64,000 bases of DNA from Bacteroidales bacterium (GTDB lineage Bacteria > Bacteroidota > Bacteroidia > Bacteroidales > UBA10428), in contig JAFGEO010000118.1 in the NCBI GenBank assembly GCA_016931575.1, positions 143,457 to 207,456 on the forward strand, written 5' to 3'. Under the pieces are notes generated by a model that was given only the letters and a program-made list of their open reading frames with translations, was not told the origin of the DNA and made no database searches. A program made the position numbers and the translations under genes. Each line of letters begins with the position of its first letter. Positions within the stretch are counted from its first letter, which is position 1. Shown piece after piece: positions 25,604 through 36,148 of this stretch.

Positions 25604-26683
25604 ATGAAAAACAAGCAGGGAAATAAGATACGGATAAAGGATATCGCTGCCAGAGCCGGGGTTTCACCAGGTACAGTAGACCGTGTGTTGCATAAGCGCG
25701 GTGAAGTGGCAGAGGAGACCCGCAGACAGATCATGGAAATTGTGGATCAGCTGGGATACGAACCGAACCTTGTAGCCAAGTCACTCGCCATGAAAAAAAC
25801 CTGCCGGATTGCCGTTCTGATGCCCGATCCCGCAAATGATAATCCCTACTGGGAAAAACCCGAGTTCGGCATACTTCATGCTGCCCGGGAAGTGAAAGAT
25901 TTTAACACTTCCGTATCGATCTACAACTTTGGTATGAACTCTGAGAAATCCTACCTGAATGCCTTCTCCGAGCTGATGAAAGAGCCCCCTGACGGTCTGA
26001 TTTTTACTCCAATCTTTTACCATTCCTCATTTGATATTATCAGGGAATGCGAAGAGCATAGCATACCTTATATATTCATGAATATGCGGCTGGATGGCTG
26101 CAACAACCTTGCATATTTCGGTCAGAATGCAATCCAGAGCGGTTTTCTGGCGGGCAAGCTCCTGCATTTCAGTCTTCAGGAACACTCCAAAATCCTGATC
26201 GTCAAGCCTAACAGTCACCAGGGTACAGGCTTTCACCTTCAGAGACGGGAGAAGGGCTTCCTTTCTTTTTTCCTTTCCGGATCGAATGTAAAAGATATTC
26301 AGTGCCATGAAGCGGAAACTGATCCCTATAAGCGGGAAGTCCTTTTCAGGGATCTGGATAAAGCTTTTGAGCAATACCCGAATATTTCAGGGATTTTCAT
26401 CACCAATTCCCGGGCTTCAAAGATTGCCCAATACCTCTATGAACGAGGAAGGAAAGGGCTTATGCTGGTTGGCTACGACCTGGTTAATGAAAATGTCGAC
26501 TTTCTGGAAAGAGGCATCATTACTTTCCTGATTGGTCAGAAGCCTGAGGAGCAGGGGTACAAAAGTATCCTGGCTATGTTCAACTACCTGATGGCTGATA
26601 AGCATATGGAGAAGACAAACTACAGCCCGATTGACATCATTATGAAAGAAAATATCGATTACTATAAAAACTATAAATTCTGA
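25604..26683 (+). CDS. LacI-family transcriptional regulator
   Basis: HTH IKDIAARAGVSPGTVDRVLHKRGEV followed by a periplasmic-binding-protein-like sugar-binding core. The track ORF start at 25523 would run through the promoter and repeat, so ATG 25604 (MKNKQGNKIRIKDIA) is preferred. Confidence 0.85.
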   Translation: MKNKQGNKIRIKDIAARAGVSPGTVDRVLHKRGEVAEETRRQIMEIVDQLGYEPNLVAKSLAMKKTCRIAVLMPDPANDNPYWEKPEFGILHAAREVKDFNTSVSIYNFGMNSEKSYLNAFSELMKEPPDGLIFTPIFYHSSFDIIRECEEHSIPYIFMNMRLDGCNNLAYFGQNAIQSGFLAGKLLHFSLQEHSKILIVKPNSHQGTGFHLQRREKGFLSFFLSGSNVKDIQCHEAETDPYKREVLFRDLDKAFEQYPNISGIFITNSRASKIAQYLYERGRKGLMLVGYDLVNENVDFLERGIITFLIGQKPEEQGYKSILAMFNYLMADKHMEKTNYSPIDIIMKENIDYYKNYKF

Positions 26684-26686
26684 AAT

Positions 26687-27538
26687 ATGAACGAATTCAA
26701 CTTTTCGAATCTGAAAGATAAAGTCTGCGTGATCACAGGCGGTGCCGGAGTGATCGGAACTGCAATGTGTGAGTCGCTGGCAGCAGTAGGTATACGCCTG
26801 GCAATTATAGACCTGAATGAGGAATTGAGCCGGAAACTGGCTGAAAATCTTTCAACTAAATACCATACGAAGTGCCTCGGCCTTGCAGCAAATGTCCTCG
26901 AGAAAGAATCACTCGAAGCGGCAAAAGCCATAATTAATGAAAAGCTGGGTGAAGTAGACTTTCTGATCAATGGTGCCGGGGGGAATTCACCCCAGGCCAC
27001 AACAGCCGTTGAACAGATGGATGAAGGGGACCTCGATCAACTCGAGAAAACTTTCTTTGGGCTTCAGACTGTTGGTTTTGACAAGGTATTTGCACTGAAC
27101 TTTACGGGGACTTTACTGCCCTCTATCGTTTTTGCCAGAGATATGGCAGAGAGAAAAGAGGGTGTGATCATCAACATCTCAAGTATGAATTCCTACCGAC
27201 CGCTTACAAAAATCCCGGCTTATTCAGCAGCAAAAGCCTCAATCAATAATTTCACCCAATGGTTGTCAGTACACCTGGCAAAAGTTGGGGTGCGTGTGAA
27301 TGCCATTGCACCCGGTTTCTTCCTGACCAACCAGAACCGCTTCCTCCTGACAGACGAGAAAACCGGGGAACCAACACCACGGGGCCTGAAAATCATTTCA
27401 AGCACTCCTATGGGGAAATACGGCGAACCGGAAGATTTGCAGGGAACACTGCTATTTCTTCTTTCCGACTTATCAAGATTCGTAACCGGTGTAATCATTC
27501 CGGTTGATGGAGGATACAGCGCTTACGGAGGGGTATAA
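26687..27538 (+). CDS. uxuB: SDR-type D-mannonate oxidoreductase (fructuronate reductase) candidate
   Basis: SDR motifs TGGAGVIG, NGAG and YSAAK. Its position directly upstream of uxuA matches the short-chain UxuB form used by Bacteroidota. Confidence 0.65.
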   Translation: MNEFNFSNLKDKVCVITGGAGVIGTAMCESLAAVGIRLAIIDLNEELSRKLAENLSTKYHTKCLGLAANVLEKESLEAAKAIINEKLGEVDFLINGAGGNSPQATTAVEQMDEGDLDQLEKTFFGLQTVGFDKVFALNFTGTLLPSIVFARDMAERKEGVIINISSMNSYRPLTKIPAYSAAKASINNFTQWLSVHLAKVGVRVNAIAPGFFLTNQNRFLLTDEKTGEPTPRGLKIISSTPMGKYGEPEDLQGTLLFLLSDLSRFVTGVIIPVDGGYSAYGGV

Positions 27539-27595
27539 ACCTGGTTGAATGAAAAATTAGCACTACACCATGATTAATTCTTAATTATTACCAAG

Positions 27596-28816
27596 ATGGG
27601 AATGGAGCAAACCTGGAGATGGTATGGACCCAGTGATCCTGTTACCCTGGCAGATATCCGCCAGGCAGGAGCCACCGGGATTGTGACTGCCTTGCATGAA
27701 ATACCCATTGGGGAAGTGTGGACAGTCAAAGCACTCGAAGAACGCAAACAATTGATTGAATGGGATGAAAGTTCTACACCCAGAAAGCCTAGAGGGCTGA
27801 CCTGGTCGATCATTGAAAGTATACCAGTCCATGAAGATATTAAACAGGGAAAACCCACACGCGACAAGTGGATTGCGAATTACAAGGAAAGTATCCGGAA
27901 TGTCGGACAGGTAGGTATCCCTGTGATTACCTACAACTGGATGCCGGTGGTAGACTGGACGCGAACCAACCTGGAATTGGAACTGGAAGACGGAGCTCGC
28001 GCACTTGCCTTTGATATGCCTGAATTTGCAGCATTCGATCTCTACATGCTGCATCGTGAAGGAGCGGAAGATTCCTATCCGGACGAAATAAAAGCCATGG
28101 CGAAAGCACGCTTTGAGTCGATGTCCTCCGAACAACGGTATGTTCTGCAAAAAAATATTATTGCCGGTCTTCCCGGAGGGCAGGAAGGCTATTCGCTGGA
28201 TGATTTCAGGTCACGACTGGATAACTACAGGCATATCGATTCAGAGAAGTACCGCGAAAACCTGGCCTATTTCCTCCGGAAAATTATTCCTGTGGCTGTT
28301 GAATCAGGGGTGAAAATGGCCATTCATCCTGATGACCCGCCAAAACCCCTTTTTGGTCTGCCCCGGGTAGTAAGTACTGAAAGTGACCTGAATTTTATTG
28401 TCAATGTCGTCGATACCATTTATAATGGTTTGTGCTTTTGTACAGGCTCGCTGGGAGTTCGTCCGGATAATGACCTTCCCGGAATGGTGGAACGACTGGG
28501 TAATAAAATCAATTTTGCCCATCTCCGCAGCACTCAGAGGGATCAGAATGACAGCTTCCACGAAGCCAGTCATTTGCGAGGGGATGTGGACATGTTCAAT
28601 GTCATCACAGCCATCCTCAAAGAACAGAAGAAACGACATGCTGCCAACCGGAGGGACGAAGTTATTCCTATGCGGGCCGACCATGGTCATACCATTCTGG
28701 ATGACCTGAAGAAAAAAACAAATCCAGGCTACTCGGCAATAGGCCTCCTTCGGGGTATGGCTGAACTTAGGGGCCTGGAACTGGGAATTGAGAAAAGTGG
28801 CCTGATTTACCGCTAA
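27596..28816 (+). CDS. uxuA: mannonate dehydratase
   Basis: Characteristic N-terminus MEQTWRWYGPSDPVTLADIRQAGATGIVTALH. 406 aa. Confidence 0.9.
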   Translation: MGMEQTWRWYGPSDPVTLADIRQAGATGIVTALHEIPIGEVWTVKALEERKQLIEWDESSTPRKPRGLTWSIIESIPVHEDIKQGKPTRDKWIANYKESIRNVGQVGIPVITYNWMPVVDWTRTNLELELEDGARALAFDMPEFAAFDLYMLHREGAEDSYPDEIKAMAKARFESMSSEQRYVLQKNIIAGLPGGQEGYSLDDFRSRLDNYRHIDSEKYRENLAYFLRKIIPVAVESGVKMAIHPDDPPKPLFGLPRVVSTESDLNFIVNVVDTIYNGLCFCTGSLGVRPDNDLPGMVERLGNKINFAHLRSTQRDQNDSFHEASHLRGDVDMFNVITAILKEQKKRHAANRRDEVIPMRADHGHTILDDLKKKTNPGYSAIGLLRGMAELRGLELGIEKSGLIYR

Positions 28817-28828
28817 AAAAAGCTAATT

Positions 28829-30106
28829 ATGATCTATTACGAAAAAGGTTCTGCAACTACAGTGCTCTCCGCCGAGGATCTTCGCAGCGGATTGTACGAG
28901 GCCCTTGACAAACTCGGGGTGAAGAAGAAAGTGCTTGCCATACCCCCTGATTTTACACGCTTTCATTCTCAGGCAGGAATATTGACTTCACATGCCTATA
29001 CTTATTACAAGGCAGCAATGACAGATATTCTTCCTGCCCTGGGTACACATGTAGCCATGACTGAATCAGAACTTACCACGATGTTCCCCGGTGTACCACT
29101 TGACTTGTTCAGGGTACACGACTGGCGCAACGATGTGGTAACTGTGGGTATAATTCCGGGTGAAAAAGTAGCTGAAATCACGGAAAATGCTGTGACCTAC
29201 GACTGGCCCGCTCAGCTTAACAAACTTCTGATCGAAGGCGGGTATGACCTGATCCTGTCGGTAGGGCAGGTTGTGCCTCATGAAGTTATTGGTATGGCCA
29301 ACTATAACAAGAATCTCTTTGTCGGGACTGGGGGTTCGGAAGGGATCAATAAGTCGCATTTTGTTGGCGCTGCCTACGGTATGGAAAACCTGATGGGCCG
29401 GGCCGACAATCCGGTTAGGAGGTTACTGAACTATGCTTCAGATAACTTCATTCAGCATCTTCCTGTGGTATACGTTCACACGGTCATTGGCCGGAATGAT
29501 ACAGGTAAACTGGTTACCCGCGGTCTGTTTATCGGAGACGGGGAGGAAGTATTCCTGAAAGCCGCAGAGCTTTCCCTGAAAGTGAATTTCAGTATGCTGG
29601 ACAAGCCCCTGGATAAGGTGGTGGTTTACCTCGATCCTTCAGAGTTTAAAAGTACCTGGCTGGGGAACAAGAGCGTATACCGTACCCGTATGGTTCTGGC
29701 AGATAATGCTCAGCTGATTGTTTTGGCACCGGGCCTGAAAGAATTCGGCGAGGATCCGGAGATCGACCGCCTGATCCGGAAGTATGGCTATCGCGGAACG
29801 CCTGCAACCCTGGAGGCCGTTGAAAAGAACCAGGAACTAAAGGACAACCTGGGAGCCGCAGCACACCTCATACATGGAAGTTCCGAAGGACGCTTCAGCA
29901 TAACCTATTGTCCCGGAAATCTTACCCGGGAAGAAATTGAATCGGTGAATTTCAACTATGCTCCCCTGGAAGAGATGCTGAAACGGTACAATCCCGAAAG
30001 TCTTAAAGACGGATTTAATACCCTTGCTGATGGCGAAGAGATCTATTTCATCTCCAATCCTGCAGTGGGTTTATGGGCATTCAGGGACCGGTTCATTACC
30101 AAATAA
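28829..30106 (+). CDS. LarA-superfamily (lactate-racemase-like, DUF2088) protein; candidate hydroxyacid/aldonate epimerase
   Basis: Segments align with LarA functional motifs: PPDFTRFHS (DxTR), ALGTHVAM (His), VVPHEVIGMANYNKN (His...Lys) and KSHFVG (His). 425 aa. Confidence 0.6.
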   Translation: MIYYEKGSATTVLSAEDLRSGLYEALDKLGVKKKVLAIPPDFTRFHSQAGILTSHAYTYYKAAMTDILPALGTHVAMTESELTTMFPGVPLDLFRVHDWRNDVVTVGIIPGEKVAEITENAVTYDWPAQLNKLLIEGGYDLILSVGQVVPHEVIGMANYNKNLFVGTGGSEGINKSHFVGAAYGMENLMGRADNPVRRLLNYASDNFIQHLPVVYVHTVIGRNDTGKLVTRGLFIGDGEEVFLKAAELSLKVNFSMLDKPLDKVVVYLDPSEFKSTWLGNKSVYRTRMVLADNAQLIVLAPGLKEFGEDPEIDRLIRKYGYRGTPATLEAVEKNQELKDNLGAAAHLIHGSSEGRFSITYCPGNLTREEIESVNFNYAPLEEMLKRYNPESLKDGFNTLADGEEIYFISNPAVGLWAFRDRFITK

Positions 30107-30159
30107 AGAGAAAAGAAAACAGAAAAAAATAACTGAAACTAAAAACATCATTACTAAAA

Positions 30160-31614
30160 ATGGAAAAACTAGCTGATATTGGATTGATCGGGTTAGCCGT
30201 AATGGGCGAAAACCTGGTGTTGAATATGGAAAGAAATGGCTATACGGTAGCCGTTTTTAACCGGACTGTGGAAAAGGTGGATGCCTTTGTAAACGGTCGT
30301 GGAAAAGGTAAGAATTTTGTCGGGGCTCATTCTGTTGAAGAACTGGTTGCTTCCCTGAAACGCCCGCGTAAGGTCATGTTGCTGGTGAAAGCCGGCCAGG
30401 CAGTCGACAGCTTTATTGACCTGCTGATCCCACACCTGGAACCCGGAGATATCATCATCGATGGCGGAAATACCCATTACCCGGATACCAACCGCCGTAC
30501 AAAATATGTTGAAGAAAAAGGGCTTCTCTATATCGGAACCGGTGTTAGCGGAGGGGAAGAAGGCGCTCTTTGGGGTCCTTCCATTATGCCCGGCGGATCA
30601 AACGAAGCCTGGAAACATGTTAAACCTATCTTCCAGTCGATAGCGGCAAAAGTTGAAGATGGATCACCCTGCTGCGACTGGGTAGGAGAGAATGGTGCCG
30701 GCCACTTTGTAAAGATGGTTCACAACGGTATTGAATACGGAGATATGCAGCTCATCACTGAAGCCTATCAGATCATGAAGGTTCTTCTCGGCATGACCGC
30801 TGATGAGATGCATGAAGTATTCAAAGAGTGGAACGAAGGAGAACTGAGCAGTTACCTGGTCGAAATTACCCGCGATATCCTGGGATTCAAGGACGAGGAC
30901 GGAGGACCATTGGTAGAGAAGATTCTGGATACCGCAGGACAAAAGGGAACCGGGAAATGGACCGGAATTTCAGCCCTGGACCAGGGCGTACCGCTGACCC
31001 TTATCGGTGAAGCCGTATTTGCCCGCTGCCTGTCGGCGATGAAGGAAGAAAGGGTGGAGGCTTCGAAAATACTTACCGGACCCACACCTGAATTTAAAGG
31101 AAATAAAAAGCAGTTTATCGAAGACCTCAAGGAGGCGCTGTATGCTTCTAAAATGGTTTCCTACGCACAGGGATATGTTCTGATGCAGGCAGCAGCCAAA
31201 GAGTATGGCTGGGATCTTAACTATGGCGGAATTGCCCTGATGTGGCGTGGTGGATGCATCATTCGTTCGGTATTCCTCGGCAAGATCAAGGATGCTTTTG
31301 ACAACAATCCAAAGCTGAGTAACCTGCTGCTGGATCCTTTCTTCAAAGATAAGATCCTCAAGGCACAGGCCTCCTGGAGACGGGTAGTATCCGCAGCCTT
31401 TGAAAACGGTATCCCGATCCCGGCATTCTCCACTGCCCTGGCATATTTTGACGGCTACAGAAGCGAACGCCTGCCTGCCAACCTGTTGCAGGCACAGCGC
31501 GATTATTTCGGAGCCCATACCTACGAACGTATTGACAAACCCAGAGGCGAATTCTTCCATACCAACTGGACCGGTCGCGGAGGTACAACTGCTTCTTCAA
31601 CTTATTCTGTTTAA
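30160..31614 (+). CDS. gnd: 6-phosphogluconate dehydrogenase, decarboxylating
   Basis: [21 protein letters not shown] fold, [28 protein letters not shown] and the C-terminal [11 protein letters not shown]. Confidence 0.92.
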   Translation: MEKLADIGLIGLAVMGENLVLNMERNGYTVAVFNRTVEKVDAFVNGRGKGKNFVGAHSVEELVASLKRPRKVMLLVKAGQAVDSFIDLLIPHLEPGDIIIDGGNTHYPDTNRRTKYVEEKGLLYIGTGVSGGEEGALWGPSIMPGGSNEAWKHVKPIFQSIAAKVEDGSPCCDWVGENGAGHFVKMVHNGIEYGDMQLITEAYQIMKVLLGMTADEMHEVFKEWNEGELSSYLVEITRDILGFKDEDGGPLVEKILDTAGQKGTGKWTGISALDQGVPLTLIGEAVFARCLSAMKEERVEASKILTGPTPEFKGNKKQFIEDLKEALYASKMVSYAQGYVLMQAAAKEYGWDLNYGGIALMWRGGCIIRSVFLGKIKDAFDNNPKLSNLLLDPFFKDKILKAQASWRRVVSAAFENGIPIPAFSTALAYFDGYRSERLPANLLQAQRDYFGAHTYERIDKPRGEFFHTNWTGRGGTTASSTYSV

Positions 31615-31638
31615 ACCTCAAACCTAAAAATTCATAAC

Positions 31639-32952
31639 ATGAATAATACGACAGAAAGAATGAGCTCATATCGGTATCGTATCCTTGCGATGCTGATATA
31701 CGCTACTACTATCAACTATTTTGATCGCAGTATCATTGGTGTGATGGCTCCTACCTTGAGCAAAATGTTTGACTGGACCAATGACGATTACGCCAATATC
31801 ATGATTGCTTTTAAAGTGGCCTACGCTATCGGTATGCTTACCATGGGAGGTATCATTGACCGTCTGGGAACCAAAAAAGGCTATACGCTCTCCATCGCGA
31901 TCTGGAGTATCTTTGGGATGCTGCATGCATTGGTAAGACCTGCCTTCAGCATCATCGGTTTTGCTGCAGCACGTTTTGGACTTGGATTTGGCGAGTCAGG
32001 TCACTTTCCGGCTGCACAGAAAACTGTCGCTGAATGGTTCCCGAAAAAAGACCGTGCTTTTGCTACGGGTTTGTACAATGCTGCTACCAGTATCGGTGCC
32101 ATCCTGGCACCATTTGTCGTTGGCTGGATCGTAAGTTCATCTGGTCATAACTGGCAGATTCCCTTCCTGATCACAGGAGGTATGAGTTCTATCTGGGTTT
32201 TCCTCTGGCTCAGGACTTATAAAAAACCGGAAGAACATCCGGAAATAAGTAAGACTGAACTGGATTATATCAATAGCGATACTCTCAAAGTTGAACAGGT
32301 CAAGAGTGTTGAGAAGTTACCCTGGAGAGCCGTTCTTCCTAAAAGACAAACCTGGGCTTTTGCAGCTGCAAAAATAACCGATGCGGTTTGGTGGTTCTAC
32401 CTCTTTTGGGGAGCAAAGTTCCTGGCTGCTCAGTTTGATGTTGATATCAAGAATATCGGGGTACCCTTCCTTATTATGTATCTCCTTGCCGATGGCGGAA
32501 GTATCTTCGGGGGCTGGATATCCGGAGCGTTCCTTCGTAAAGGCTGGACTCTAAACAAAGCCCGAAAAATGACGATGCTGATGTGTGCCATCATTATTTT
32601 ACCGGTAAGTTATGTGGCCATCACTGATAACAAGTGGCTGGCTGTGGTGCTCATTGGTATTGCAGCCGCCGGACATCAGGCCTGGTCAGCTAACATTTTT
32701 ACCCTTGTTTCTGATGTTTTCCCAAAGAAAGCTGTGGCTTCTGTTACCGGAATCGGAGGAATGGTTGGTGCCGTTGCTGGTATTATTGGGGATAAGGCCC
32801 TGGGGAAAGTCCTTGATTCATCCGGTAATGTCGGATATTTCTGGGCTTTTCTGATCGCAGGTTCTATGTACCTGATTATCTTGGGTTTTGTTCACCTGAT
32901 CATGCCGAAGATGAAGCCTCTCGATGAAAATTTGAATCTTATAAAGGAATAA
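31639..32952 (+). CDS. exuT: MFS transporter, hexuronate transporter family
   Basis: 12-TM MFS pattern. N-terminal YRYRILAMLIYATTINYFDR is typical of the ExuT/ACS family, and the gene sits in a uronate cluster. Confidence 0.75.
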   Translation: MNNTTERMSSYRYRILAMLIYATTINYFDRSIIGVMAPTLSKMFDWTNDDYANIMIAFKVAYAIGMLTMGGIIDRLGTKKGYTLSIAIWSIFGMLHALVRPAFSIIGFAAARFGLGFGESGHFPAAQKTVAEWFPKKDRAFATGLYNAATSIGAILAPFVVGWIVSSSGHNWQIPFLITGGMSSIWVFLWLRTYKKPEEHPEISKTELDYINSDTLKVEQVKSVEKLPWRAVLPKRQTWAFAAAKITDAVWWFYLFWGAKFLAAQFDVDIKNIGVPFLIMYLLADGGSIFGGWISGAFLRKGWTLNKARKMTMLMCAIIILPVSYVAITDNKWLAVVLIGIAAAGHQAWSANIFTLVSDVFPKKAVASVTGIGGMVGAVAGIIGDKALGKVLDSSGNVGYFWAFLIAGSMYLIILGFVHLIMPKMKPLDENLNLIKE

Positions 32953-32964
32953 AACTGAATTATT

Positions 32965-33810
32965 ATGAGTCATATTAAGTATGAAATTCGTTATGCATCA
33001 CATTTCAGGGATGCGAAGAACTATGACACTCAACGTCTGAGGGATGAATATCTGGTGCAAAACCTGTTCGTGAAGGATATGATCAGCATGGTCTATACTG
33101 ATTACGACCGGTTGATCGTTGGCGGGGCATACCCTGTTGATAAGGCTCTTAGCCTGGATAGTATCGATCCCCTCAAAGCAGATTATTTCCTGTTCCGAAG
33201 GGAACTGGGAATAATCAATATCGGGGGTGATGCAGTTATAACGCTCGATGGTGAAAAGATTGGGCTTGGAAATAAAGAGGCTCTATATGTCGGAAAAGGA
33301 ACAAAAGAGGTTATCATGGCTTCTGCTGACAGCAAGAAACCTGCGAAGCTGTACTTCAACTCCGCACCGGCTCATATGGAATACCCCTCAAAGAAGGTCA
33401 CCCTGGCAGATGCGGAAGTCGCTGAAATGGGCTCCCTGGAATCCTCAAACAAACGCAGGATCAACAAGCTGATCGTAAACAGCGTCGTAAAAACCTGCCA
33501 GCTTCAGATGGGAATGACTGCTTTTGAACCGGGCAGCGTCTGGAATACCATGCCCTGCCATACCCACAGCCGGAGGATGGAAGCATACTTCTACTTCGAA
33601 GTACCTGAAAACCAGGCAGTATGTCATTTCATGGGTCAGCCCCAGGAAACCCGGCATATCTGGATGAGTAACGAGGAAGCTGTGATCTCACCGACCTGGT
33701 CGCTGCACGCTGGTGCAGGTACCGCAACCTACACCTTTATCTGGGGTATGGGCGGTGAGAACCTGGATTACGGCGATATGGACATCGTGCAGCCATCCGA
33801 GCTGAGATAA
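32965..33810 (+). CDS. kduI: 5-dehydro-4-deoxy-D-glucuronate isomerase
   Basis: 281-aa cupin. The N-terminus (IRYASHFRDAKNYDTQRLRDEYLV) and the HTHSRRMEAYFYF metal-site region are typical of KduI. Confidence 0.85.
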   Translation: MSHIKYEIRYASHFRDAKNYDTQRLRDEYLVQNLFVKDMISMVYTDYDRLIVGGAYPVDKALSLDSIDPLKADYFLFRRELGIINIGGDAVITLDGEKIGLGNKEALYVGKGTKEVIMASADSKKPAKLYFNSAPAHMEYPSKKVTLADAEVAEMGSLESSNKRRINKLIVNSVVKTCQLQMGMTAFEPGSVWNTMPCHTHSRRMEAYFYFEVPENQAVCHFMGQPQETRHIWMSNEEAVISPTWSLHAGAGTATYTFIWGMGGENLDYGDMDIVQPSELR

Positions 33811-33834
33811 TAAGTTTTATGAAATCAGAAAACT

Positions 33835-34638
33835 ATGCTAATGACAAATCAATTATTTGATCTTACAGGGAAAGTTGCCCTGGTTACCGGTGGGACACAT
33901 GGAATCGGTATGGCCATAGCCCTGGCACTCGGAAAAGCAGGCGCAAAGATTGCTGTAAACGATCTGTCCGAGGAAAAACTCACCTCCTGCAAGGCAGAAT
34001 ATGCCAAAGAAGGGATCGATGTCTATACGCTGGTGTTCGATGTCACGAACGAAACTGCAGTGGACAAGGGGATCAGCGAGATCGAAAAGAACCTTGGTCC
34101 TGTGGATATCCTGGTAAACAATGCAGGTATCATCAAAAGGATCCCTATTCTGGATATGCCGGTTGCCGATTTCAAGCAGGTCATCGATATCGACCTGGTA
34201 GCACCCCTGATCGTTGCGAAACGGGTTGCTCCCGGAATGATCCAACGCCGGCAGGGAAAGATTATCAACATGTGTTCCATGATGAGCGTTTACGGAAGGA
34301 ATACCGTATCCGCATACGCTTCGGCAAAAGGTGGATTGAAGTTGCTTACAGCTACTATGTGCTGCGAATGGGCCAAATACAATGTCCAGATCAATGGAAT
34401 TGGTCCGGGATATATCGCAACCGCTCAGACTGCACCTATCCGCGAAGGCAACCACCCTTTCAATGATCTGGTAATGACCCGTACGCCTGCAGGACGTTGG
34501 GGTGAACCTGAAGATGTCGGGAATGCCGCTCTCTTTCTGGCTTCAAAAGCCAGCAACTTCGTGAATGGACATGTCCTGTACGTGGATGGGGGTATCCTGG
34601 CAAACTTCGGCTATGTCAAAGGAGAAAATGATCTGTAA
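33835..34638 (+). CDS. kduD: 2-dehydro-3-deoxy-D-gluconate 5-dehydrogenase (SDR)
   Basis: TGGTHGIG, NNAG, YASAKGG and the PAGRWGEPEDV tail. Adjacent to kduI. Confidence 0.8.
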   Translation: MLMTNQLFDLTGKVALVTGGTHGIGMAIALALGKAGAKIAVNDLSEEKLTSCKAEYAKEGIDVYTLVFDVTNETAVDKGISEIEKNLGPVDILVNNAGIIKRIPILDMPVADFKQVIDIDLVAPLIVAKRVAPGMIQRRQGKIINMCSMMSVYGRNTVSAYASAKGGLKLLTATMCCEWAKYNVQINGIGPGYIATAQTAPIREGNHPFNDLVMTRTPAGRWGEPEDVGNAALFLASKASNFVNGHVLYVDGGILANFGYVKGENDL

Positions 34639-34729
34639 ATCAGGGCATGCCTTTTAAGTTTCCCCCAGATTTGCAGGGTCAGTGAATGCATTGACCTTTC
34701 AACCTGAAATTGATAAAAGAAAGTATACT

Positions 34730-36130
34730 ATGAAACAATTTATGGATGAAAACTTTCTGCTTAAAACGAAAACGGCAGAAAAACTCTATCATGATCATGC
34801 TGCGAAACTTCCGATCATTGACTACCACTGTCATTTGATTCCACAGGAAGTGGGTGAGGACAAACAGTTCCAGAATCTTACCCAGGCATGGTTGTATGGT
34901 GACCACTATAAATGGCGCGGCATGCGCTCCAATGGGATCGATGAGCGGTTTTGTACCGGCAATGCCACAGACTATGAAAAGTTTGAAAAATGGGCCGAAA
35001 CGGTGCCCTATACCCTGCGAAATCCGCTCTACCACTGGACACACCTTGAACTGCGCAGGTATTTTGGAATTACGGATTTGCTGAACCCCCTTACGGCAAA
35101 AAAGATCTATACCGAAGCTTCGGCGAAGCTGGTCTCCAGGGAATACAGCGTACGCGGACTCATGACCATGATGAATGTGGAGGTGGTCTGTACAACCGAT
35201 GATCCGGCGGACGACCTGGCCTGGCATAAAAAAGTGAAACAAGAGGGATTCAGGATCAAGGTACTTCCGACCTGGCGCCCTGACAAGGCAATGGCAGTGG
35301 AGAATCCTGAGCTTTACAAATCCTACCTGAAGAAATTGGGAGAAACGGCGAATGTTGAGATCACAAGCTTCTCCAGCTTGCTTGAAGCTCTGTTGATCCG
35401 TCATGATTTCTTTGATGAAATGGGCTGCCGTCTTTCCGACCGCGGGTTGGAAAACTTCATTGCTGAAGATTATACGGAAGCGGAAATAGAAGCCATTTTT
35501 AAAAAGGTTTTAGCAGGGAAAATCCCTGACAAGACTGAAGTCCTGAAGTTTAAAACGGCGATGCTTTACCATTTTGGTGTGATGGACCACGCAAAGGGAT
35601 GGACCACGCAGTATCATGTTGGAGCCATGCGTAATAACAATACGCGGAGGTTCAAACAACTGGGACCCGATACCGGGTTCGACAGCATCGGTGATTATGC
35701 TGTGGCAACACCTATGTCCCGTTTTCTGGATAAGCTTGATTCTGAGGATAAACTTTCAAGAACCATCCTCTATAACCTGAATCCTTCAGATAACGAGGTG
35801 ATGGCGACCATGCTGGGCAACTTCCAGGGTGGGGGCATCCCCGGCAAGATCCAGTTTGGTTCAGGATGGTGGTTCCTTGATCAGAAGGACGGGATGGAAC
35901 GCCAGATAAATGCGCTCTCAACCCTTGGCCTGTTAAGCCGCTTTGTAGGAATGCTGACTGATTCACGCAGCCTCTTGTCCTATCCAAGGCATGAGTATTT
36001 CCGGCGCATCCTCTGCAACCTGATCGGGACAGATGTGGAAAACGGCGAGATGCCTAATGACATGGGACTATTAGGGCAAATGGTTGAGAACATCAGCTAT
36101 TACAATGCAAAAAATTACTTTAATTTTTAA
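34730..36130 (+). CDS. uxaC: glucuronate isomerase
   Basis: MKQFMDENFLLKTKTAEKLYHDHAAKLPIIDYHCHL N-terminus. The track ORF begins at GTG 34682; ATG 34730 gives the canonical start. Confidence 0.92.
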   Translation: MKQFMDENFLLKTKTAEKLYHDHAAKLPIIDYHCHLIPQEVGEDKQFQNLTQAWLYGDHYKWRGMRSNGIDERFCTGNATDYEKFEKWAETVPYTLRNPLYHWTHLELRRYFGITDLLNPLTAKKIYTEASAKLVSREYSVRGLMTMMNVEVVCTTDDPADDLAWHKKVKQEGFRIKVLPTWRPDKAMAVENPELYKSYLKKLGETANVEITSFSSLLEALLIRHDFFDEMGCRLSDRGLENFIAEDYTEAEIEAIFKKVLAGKIPDKTEVLKFKTAMLYHFGVMDHAKGWTTQYHVGAMRNNNTRRFKQLGPDTGFDSIGDYAVATPMSRFLDKLDSEDKLSRTILYNLNPSDNEVMATMLGNFQGGGIPGKIQFGSGWWFLDQKDGMERQINALSTLGLLSRFVGMLTDSRSLLSYPRHEYFRRILCNLIGTDVENGEMPNDMGLLGQMVENISYYNAKNYFNF

Positions 36131-36148
36131 TGATCAGACGAACAGGAA

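Noticed and set aside
27581-28150. Long antisense or alternative-frame ORFs from the track. Examples: 27581-28150 (189 aa), 34679-35404 (241 aa), 33853-34455 (200 aa), 30970-31560 (196 aa), 37458-38102 (214 aa), 38298-38771 (157 aa), 23320-23811 (163 aa), 16786-17244 (152 aa), 11801-12241 (146 aa), 22177-22602 (141 aa) and 45645-46070 (141 aa).
   Set aside because: Each lies wholly inside, and opposite to or out of frame with, a gene that carries clear family motifs (uxuA, uxaC, kduD, gnd, uxaE, dnaE2, relA, the kinase and others). Their translations are low-complexity or Arg/Cys/Ser-rich with no motifs, so they are shadow ORFs.
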